Shown here one piece after another: positions 57,398 through 64,000 of a stretch of 64,000 bases of DNA. This stretch comes from Asterionella formosa. Its lineage: Eukaryota. A program made the translations under genes and the position numbers. The stretch covers positions 1 to 64,000 of the forward strand of contig NKIB01012388.1 in assembly GCA_002256025.1 (NCBI GenBank). Direction: 5' to 3'. Positions within the stretch are counted from its first letter, which is position 1; each line of letters begins with the position of its first letter. Under the pieces are notes generated by a model. That model did no database searches and was not told the origin of the DNA. It was given only the letters and a program-made list of their open reading frames with translations.

Positions 57398-57746
57398 TGG
57401 GGGACTGCTTAGTTGGTTAGCATGCCTTCAGAGGTGGCGAGTTCGACTCTTGCATTCTCCACCTGTCTTTATTTTTCATGCAGTCCCTAGGGTTCCGGGG
57501 GTACAGCCAATGAATAAAAAAAAAGGACAGGTCCACGTCGTACCATACAGACGATTAAAACTGGTACTGATCCCATGCACCAGTGCCCGAAATCACCACG
57601 TTTGTTGGGATGATCCTGGGTTGATAAGTAGGTATGATATAAATTCATGAACATCAGCGCTGGCAGCGCTAGTAAGTGCTACGCAGTCTACCGTTCTAGC
57701 AAATGAGTAGTCTTAAAAGCGCTTAATATAAGTGAAGTTGAAATTT
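57398..57746 (+). mobile_element. tRNA(Ala)-derived SINE, copy 3, with 16-bp TSD
   Basis: Head gggggactgcttagttggttagcatgc..agaggtggcgagttcgactcttgcattctcca. Tail gtcttaaaagcgcttaatataagtgaagttgaaattt. Flanking perfect repeat ttactccacaccaaaa (57382-57397, 57747-57762). Confidence 0.8.
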
Positions 57747-57769
57747 TTACTCCACACCAAAACCACATA

Positions 57770-59265
57770 CATAAATCAGTAGTAAGTAATGTTACTCTTA
57801 TTGACCAATAACGATTTGCAGAATCTGTCTCTGAACACGACTCGGATTTGTTGACCGATGAACCAGTTCAGCAACTCGTCTTATAGATTCGGAGTGCAAG
57901 TAGGAATCATCTCTTTCTATGCTTAAAAACTGCTGACAACGACTAGAATTTTCTGACAATGACTAAATTTTGTTGACTGTGACCAGAATTTGCTGACAAT
58001 GACTAGAACTTGAGAAAACAAATAGATTTTCTGAATGACCTTTATGCCAAAAAAGTATGTACATGAACAGACACATGGTTTCAACATTGCGCCATCAAAC
58101 TTTCTGTGTTAGTATCCCGACTCTTGTTAATTTTTCTAGTATTAAGCCTACATCGGCAGTCTGTAGCACTAGCTACTGCTGAGACGACACCATCATCATT
58201 CCTTTGGCCACTGCCACTCCCTTCGCTTACTCCTCCATTGTCTAAGCCTCCTGTCACCACTCCATTTTCAGTCACTATAGCTAACGTATACATTAAAATT
58301 TTCTTAGGAACTATGCATGAACAGACACAACCACTAACCCTGATAGCCTTGCCAATTCTATGAACATACGTAACGTTATATCTATCTTCATGGTCAAAGT
58401 CATTATCACGCCCAGTATCATAGTCATATCACTAACTTTTACTATGGCTGGGACATGTGACATGCTTAGTGTACCCGAAGTAGCCCTTGGAGACGCCAGT
58501 ATATAATTATTTAGTTTAGATGTTGCGATTTGTTTTTATATATGAAACACTACAGTGTAGTTGTTGTGAGCGACTGGAGAATACTGCATCATGTTGTCTT
58601 AGCCTTGACCATGACGAAGATAACAAATATCCTCTCCATGAAAAATAAAAACGACGCATTGCTATTGATACATATACTATAAAGCACGACATAGACAATA
58701 AAATCGAAAAAGAATTATTTTAATAAAACAAATATTGAAAACGAAAAGGCAAGTCGACGATGGCGCGTTTTTCATGTAATTTATAGATGCGCAATTCAGA
58801 ATGATGGGGATACGAACAGATTCGTAGGGAAGTAAATTCTGTTTGATTCTCTATTTAAATAACATCAATTCATAGTCCAATGAAATTTCAAAATGAATAA
58901 TTTGTTTACGATGGTTTCTGATCCAGTTGGTGACTACTAACGACTAGAAAACTGCTGACAATGACTAGAACTTGCTGAAAACGACTAGAATTTGCTGACT
59001 ATGACTAGAAGTTACCGATTGGTGAGCCGTATAAGCAAACCATCTTCCAGTTGCTAAATACCATTATTAGCAGCAGTAGGAGGTGAACATTACTTTGATG
59101 ATCAGCCAGAACACGACTAGGATATAATTAATGAAAATGTAATGGTACAGTATATTACTTTTGGAAGTTTTGAATTGAAAGCCAGCCTATCTTGCCTGGT
59201 GGTGTGAAGGGAGTCGACACTGAAAAGGTGACCATCAAATGTGCATTACCGGACCTTCCAGGTAG
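57770..59265. mobile_element. Family A element, inverted copy, with 20-bp arrays at ~57930-58012 and ~58935-59012
   Basis: Reverse-complement homolog of 4405-5850. For example ctgaacacgactcggatttg matches caaatccgagtcgtgttcag, and aatagattttctgaatgacc matches ggtcattcagaaaatctatt. Confidence 0.75.
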
Positions 59266-60664
59266 TCCAGTACGGTAAATCCCATGCTCTTCTCTGCTCA
59301 AATGAGCGCAGCCACGAATAGATTTGCTTAGATGGGGATACAGCAGGATGATGGAGATTTTGGCATTGCCCACCACTTCCTTTGATCAACACTTCATACC
59401 CACCACTGTCTCCTCCATAGCTGAAAACATACATATGTTTGTAAGAAGTAATATTGTTCTTGGTTGAATCAGTTTCTATTATTCATGTGATTTTCCACAT
59501 TTTGAAGCACTTGTGCGCCATAAAACTAGCGAACGTCACATTCTAATTTCTATCGTGACGTAGAATTATATACCTGTTTCTACACACATATTATCTCATG
59601 TAGGTTCTACAAAGTTCTGTCTTGTCGGAATTTCTGGAAGCCGATCAAATCATGCTATGATCATTGTGCATTATGGCGAAAAAGTTCCCTTCAATTCATA
59701 TGGGTGCATTGTCAAGAAACCCAAGGCATGCAATGCATCCTTTTTCTGGCATCGCTTGTTTCACATATTTTCCTATAATTAATCATTTTATTGTTTTAGC
59801 TGTTGTTGTAGCTAGTGATTGCACAGCTACTGTGAAAGTTTCAAAGATGTTCATATCATCGTTGCTTTGAATTGTGCATCCATAAACTCAAGTGTGCCAT
59901 CTTCGCCTCTAATTTTCGTTGTTAATATTTGTGTTATTAGAAAATTCTTTTATGATTGTTTTTTTGTTGTGCTTGTTATATCAGGTCTTTCCGGCTCATT
60001 AGGCTGATTTCGGTCTCTCTTTGAGGCTCAATTTGAAGACCTTATTGCTACTTTCCTCAAACTTTAGATAAATCATTGAAAAGTAGTTTTTCTCCCGATT
60101 CAAAGGGCTATGCATGTTCAAGACAAAGAATAGGAATTTGAACTACTAATATTTAGTCGTGTGTCAGTCACAGCATTAAAAACTTCGCAGACACAGATCA
60201 ATATGGACTGGAAGGAATCAGTGCTGCTTCAATGGAATGATGAAAACAACAATCAATACATCAAAGCATACCCATGGCCCATACACAACATGGCTGTCCA
60301 AGCCATTATTTTCTAGTCTACACATGTACTTTGGAGGTGGGAACTGTCAGAACCACAACCTCTGTCCCGAAAAATTTCTTGCCTCTGGGCAGCTAAAAAA
60401 CTATGTGCTCAGCATTCATAGTCAATCTTGACGACCTTCTAGTCGATTCTTTGTCTTCTTCTTTGTAATAATGATTACATACCAATGCCTCTCCAAAAAG
60501 CTTGCGAAAACCGAGCATGCTATCAACCTTGTTCTCTTTGCAGAAGTGTTAAAATGCTAGCATGGCATTTAATTCTCTGACTGAAATGAGGAATTCAAAT
60601 TCTATACATCTGCAACGCCGATTACTGGTACAGCCGCCACAAAAAAACGCTAGTCAAATATGAT

Positions 60665-60855
60665 CACCCAAATTAACTATTTGGGTGGCCCAATATGACG
60701 AATTTAGCTACGTATATAATTTAAGGGTATGACATCACATAAAAAAATATGATGCATCTTTCAATATCTATGAACGGAGTGAACTAAAATAGTTTCGACA
60801 AATTCCATAATTACTTTAGGAACTCACATAATTTTTGGGGCAAACTGATAATATA
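60665..60855. repeat. Family C dispersed repeat, copy 2
   Basis: cacccaaat-taact-atttgggtg hairpin, with downstream sequence matching 42485-42650. Confidence 0.7.
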
Positions 60856-61111
60856 TTCTGGCGATACGAAGAAAAATTTGTTCAGTTATAATCTATATTG
60901 GCTATACGCTACTTTTCTCTACAATTCACAACATTTCCATTCACAAATATTCTTCGCTCCGACTAGCATTAATTCTGTTCGTTCACTCCCATTTTATCTT
61001 TTCTTTGATCACATTAATACCTCAAGGATATAATTTCAACATTGCATTTTCAGACACTTTTATGCAAAAATTGTATTCTTTCCTAATACTAGAGGTGGCC
61101 AATGAAAAATT

Positions 61112-62660
61112 CTGCAAGTAAAAATTATCATGCATATAGGATCAAGGGTATTGTACGCTAAGTGGCACAGGATTTTCGTATATACTATGATAAATTTTCG
61201 ATCAAAACTATGATCAAGGTATCCAATAACTATGATGATTTATTAATATTCTACCAACCTTGAATTATGACGAGAATGAGAAAATTATGATCACACAATG
61301 TATATCAACTGATCAACAACATTTCTCATCAATATCATAAACCTTCTCATATTATTTTCACTTCTCGTGATTCCCAAATGTAAATTATTACTACAACGCA
61401 TCCTTAAATCAGCTCAACTCTTTGCTATCATGTGAATTGTTTCATCGTAAATCTATCTTAAACATGATCGTAAATCTAATCACAAGCATCGTTCAAAATA
61501 GATTGAAATGGATCGTGATTTAACTATCAAATTTAGCAATACTATCTATGATTCTACAGGCTAGTGACCCAACGTTTCTCTCTCTACTTGGCTCAATGTA
61601 TATTGTTCCTATCCCGCCCTTTTCTTCCTCTATTCTGAATCTTGTGCCAAGCAGCGCTTCTGCTCTCTCCTTGCTATTAGTGTCATTCTGAACTCGCCGA
61701 CTGTTCCATTGTTTGATTGGTTTTATTGTCCTTTGCAGTTACAGTAAAAATGAGAAGGAACGACTTGTTAGTTTGTCATTTTACACTGACACAACATCAC
61801 GCCATTCCATTGTATCCTCGTGCTTCAGCCACTTAGTACTTCAAATCAAAGCAACAAATAAGTAAGTTTCAGGTCTTCAATGTTGTCGAATAAAACTTAC
61901 CGATTCATTTTCGTTCGCTTAACGTGGAGAATAGGCAAATGTGTCCGTCAGTTATGTTCCAACAGAAGTAAATAGGTCCAACGACAAGAACACTTACCAA
62001 TTTTGTTTTCTTTTACATTGGTGCTCCCGAACAAGCAAAACGAGCTACTGAATCAACTGAGAAAAATGGAAATGTGCGTTTTGCTAACGATTTGTTGTTG
62101 TCCTGCCTCCCAATGATTGTCATCCAAGTACCACATTGATGGCTTCATTACCTTAAACATACTCCATCCTTCGAAGGCCCAATGTGTCGAAGCCACAATG
62201 TTTTTCATTATTTCATAAACTTTCCTTTTAAAGTGCTTTACTACGATATTTCTTTTCATGAAGCAGGCATTGTTTGTTAACATGACAGAACGATTTCAAA
62301 TATATTTGCCATGTACATAGTTATAAAATTTGTAAATATATAAATATATCAAGTGTCATACATATATAAATTCAAAGGCATTCTCAACATGGCACGTCTG
62401 GTACTGTTGAGATGATCATATTTGCAAATAGATAATTCGAATATATTCAATGCACCATATGTCCATTGCTTTCCACAACTTCGTGTACTGGTACTGAATT
62501 TTAGAAATTTGTTTGCATCAATATTTTCTACATCCGTTGGAACTAATTATTTAGACCATTCAATTGGTGTACTAAGTCATAACCCATTTGTGTCATTATT
62601 TATATGCAAGGATTTTGGTAGCAAATTGTTAAAGCCCCTTTTTTGGGCGGGAGTTCTTCA
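61112..62660. mobile_element. Family B element, copy 3 (more diverged, carries the left TIR)
   Basis: ctgcaagtaaaaattatcat...atcaagggtattgtacgctaagtggcacaggatttt matches 13810 onward. Patchy matches continue to aagcccctt...cgggagt. Confidence 0.65.
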
Positions 62661-62766
62661 TGTGTACCGGTACATCATACGACAATAACATTTTATCATA
62701 TATATACAGAGTACCAGTAGCAGGTAGGAAGTGATATACTGGGGGTACCAGGTAGTCACAGTACCA

Positions 62767-63220
62767 GGTAGTAAGCGAGCAATAGAACACCATATGTTCA
62801 TGACTGTTGCTACTGCAGTGGGACCACAGTAAATCATCATAGTTTTAGGATCGTATGATCATAAAATTGAAAAAGGATAGTCGGAGTAGTAAGCAAGCAA
62901 CAGAACACCATGTGTCCATGACTGCTGCTACTGCAGCGGGACAGTAAATCATCATAGTTGTAGGATTGTATGATCATAAAATTGAAAAAGAATAGTTGGA
63001 GGAGTAAGCGAGCAATAGAACACCATATGTTCATGACTGTTGCTACTGCAGCGGTACAGTAAATCATCCTACTTTCAGGATCATATGATTGTAAAACTGA
63101 AATAGGGTAGTCGGAGGCCGAGTAGTAAGCCAGCAACAGAACACCATATGTTCAGGACTGTTGCTACTACAGTGGGACAGTAAAGCATCATAGTTTCAGG
63201 ATTGTATAATCATATATTCG
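62767..63220. repeat. Minisatellite, ~115-121-bp unit, ~3.8 copies
   Basis: agtaagc.agcaa.agaacaccat.tgt.ca.gactg.tgctact recurs at ~62770, 62888, 63003 and 63124. Confidence 0.92.
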
Positions 63221-64000
63221 AAAACAAGATATACTATTACTCAAACTCGGTTCTGATTTTGTATATGATAATGTAAATAGCACTGTTGATCCTATGGTGT
63301 CATATCTAGACAGCGTAAAATATTATATGTAGTGGCTGATGATTCATTTAATTGTAGCTAGCAACACCTGATTTTAAAATCATCATCGAACTTTAAGTAA
63401 GACAACAAGGACAACAGTTATCTAGTAGTACAATGTCTTCAAAAAACCATAAAGAGGTTCATGGAAACAAGCGACATGTAGCAAATACTGCCGGTATGGA
63501 ACAAAGAAGCAAGTACCAAAATGAACTAACAAAGAAAAAGCGAAAAGGTGATTATCCAAAGGAACCCAATCGGCAACAGGGAGTTAGTGGGGGTACTACC
63601 CCCATCGTCGTTGGGGACACCAGCAGCTACTAGTACAAAGGAACCCGTAATTGATACTGAAAGCAATGATGACGTTTCTTTTTCAGTTGTTGATAAAATA
63701 AAAATGGCTCCTGTCGATGAAATAATAACTCTCAGATGCAGATGGACAACATGGTACCATATCATAAATATCCTAATCGCACGGACCAACAAGTACATGA
63801 AAAACTGAGGGAAAAACTTGCCAAAGGATATGATCAATTGGTCAATGATCTCAGTCACTACAAAGGCCGTAATTCGGTTCCTGAGTATTGTGTCTCCCAA
63901 TCCAGCTAATGGCAAATACGCAACAGCAAACGAGTGGTGCCGTGTTATATCGCATAATCCTATTATGCCTGCACTAATAAATCATTATTTTGGTGGTGAC

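Noticed and set aside
57398..57462. Functional tRNA genes at 3191, 11283-11352 and 57398
   Set aside because: The anticodon arms are shortened or unpaired, and two of the heads lie within TSD-flanked inserts, so SINE heads explain them better.
63433..64000. Possible gene starting MSSKNHKEVHGNKRH
   Set aside because: It is broken by stops and frameshifts, has no recognisable domain and is truncated by the window edge.

Overview
Eukaryotic nuclear DNA, most likely from a diatom or related stramenopile. This is inferred from compact genes with few short GT-AG introns, a nucleus-encoded sigma-70 factor with a bipartite plastid-targeting leader, and AT-rich repeat-filled intergenic DNA. Eleven host genes are supported: two tandem TM9SF/nonaspanin paralogs, a copine, condensin II subunit NCAPG2, an RNF5/RMA1-type RING ligase, a plastid sigma factor, COG6, a lipase maturation factor, a 3-exon ~1672-aa myosin with a PH-like tail, and two orphan low-complexity proteins. 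The intergenic DNA holds many decayed mobile elements: a DIRS/Ngaro-type tyrosine-recombinase retrotransposon, a DD39D mariner, two PIF/Harbinger fragments, a GATC-rich TIR family (3 copies), an element carrying paired 20-bp arrays (2 long copies plus 1 partial), an 88-90 bp MITE and minisatellites. The main signals the ORF track does not show are: (1) tRNA-derived SINEs with perfect target-site duplications that share head and tail but have unrelated bodies; (2) dense palindromic GGTACC/TACCWGGTA clusters upstream of gene 5' ends; (3) an exact (TTAGGG)2 insertion that breaks the retrotransposon Gag zinc finger; (4) a conserved polybasic pro-segment in both TM9SF proteins. All alignments were made by eye and no database searches were run.
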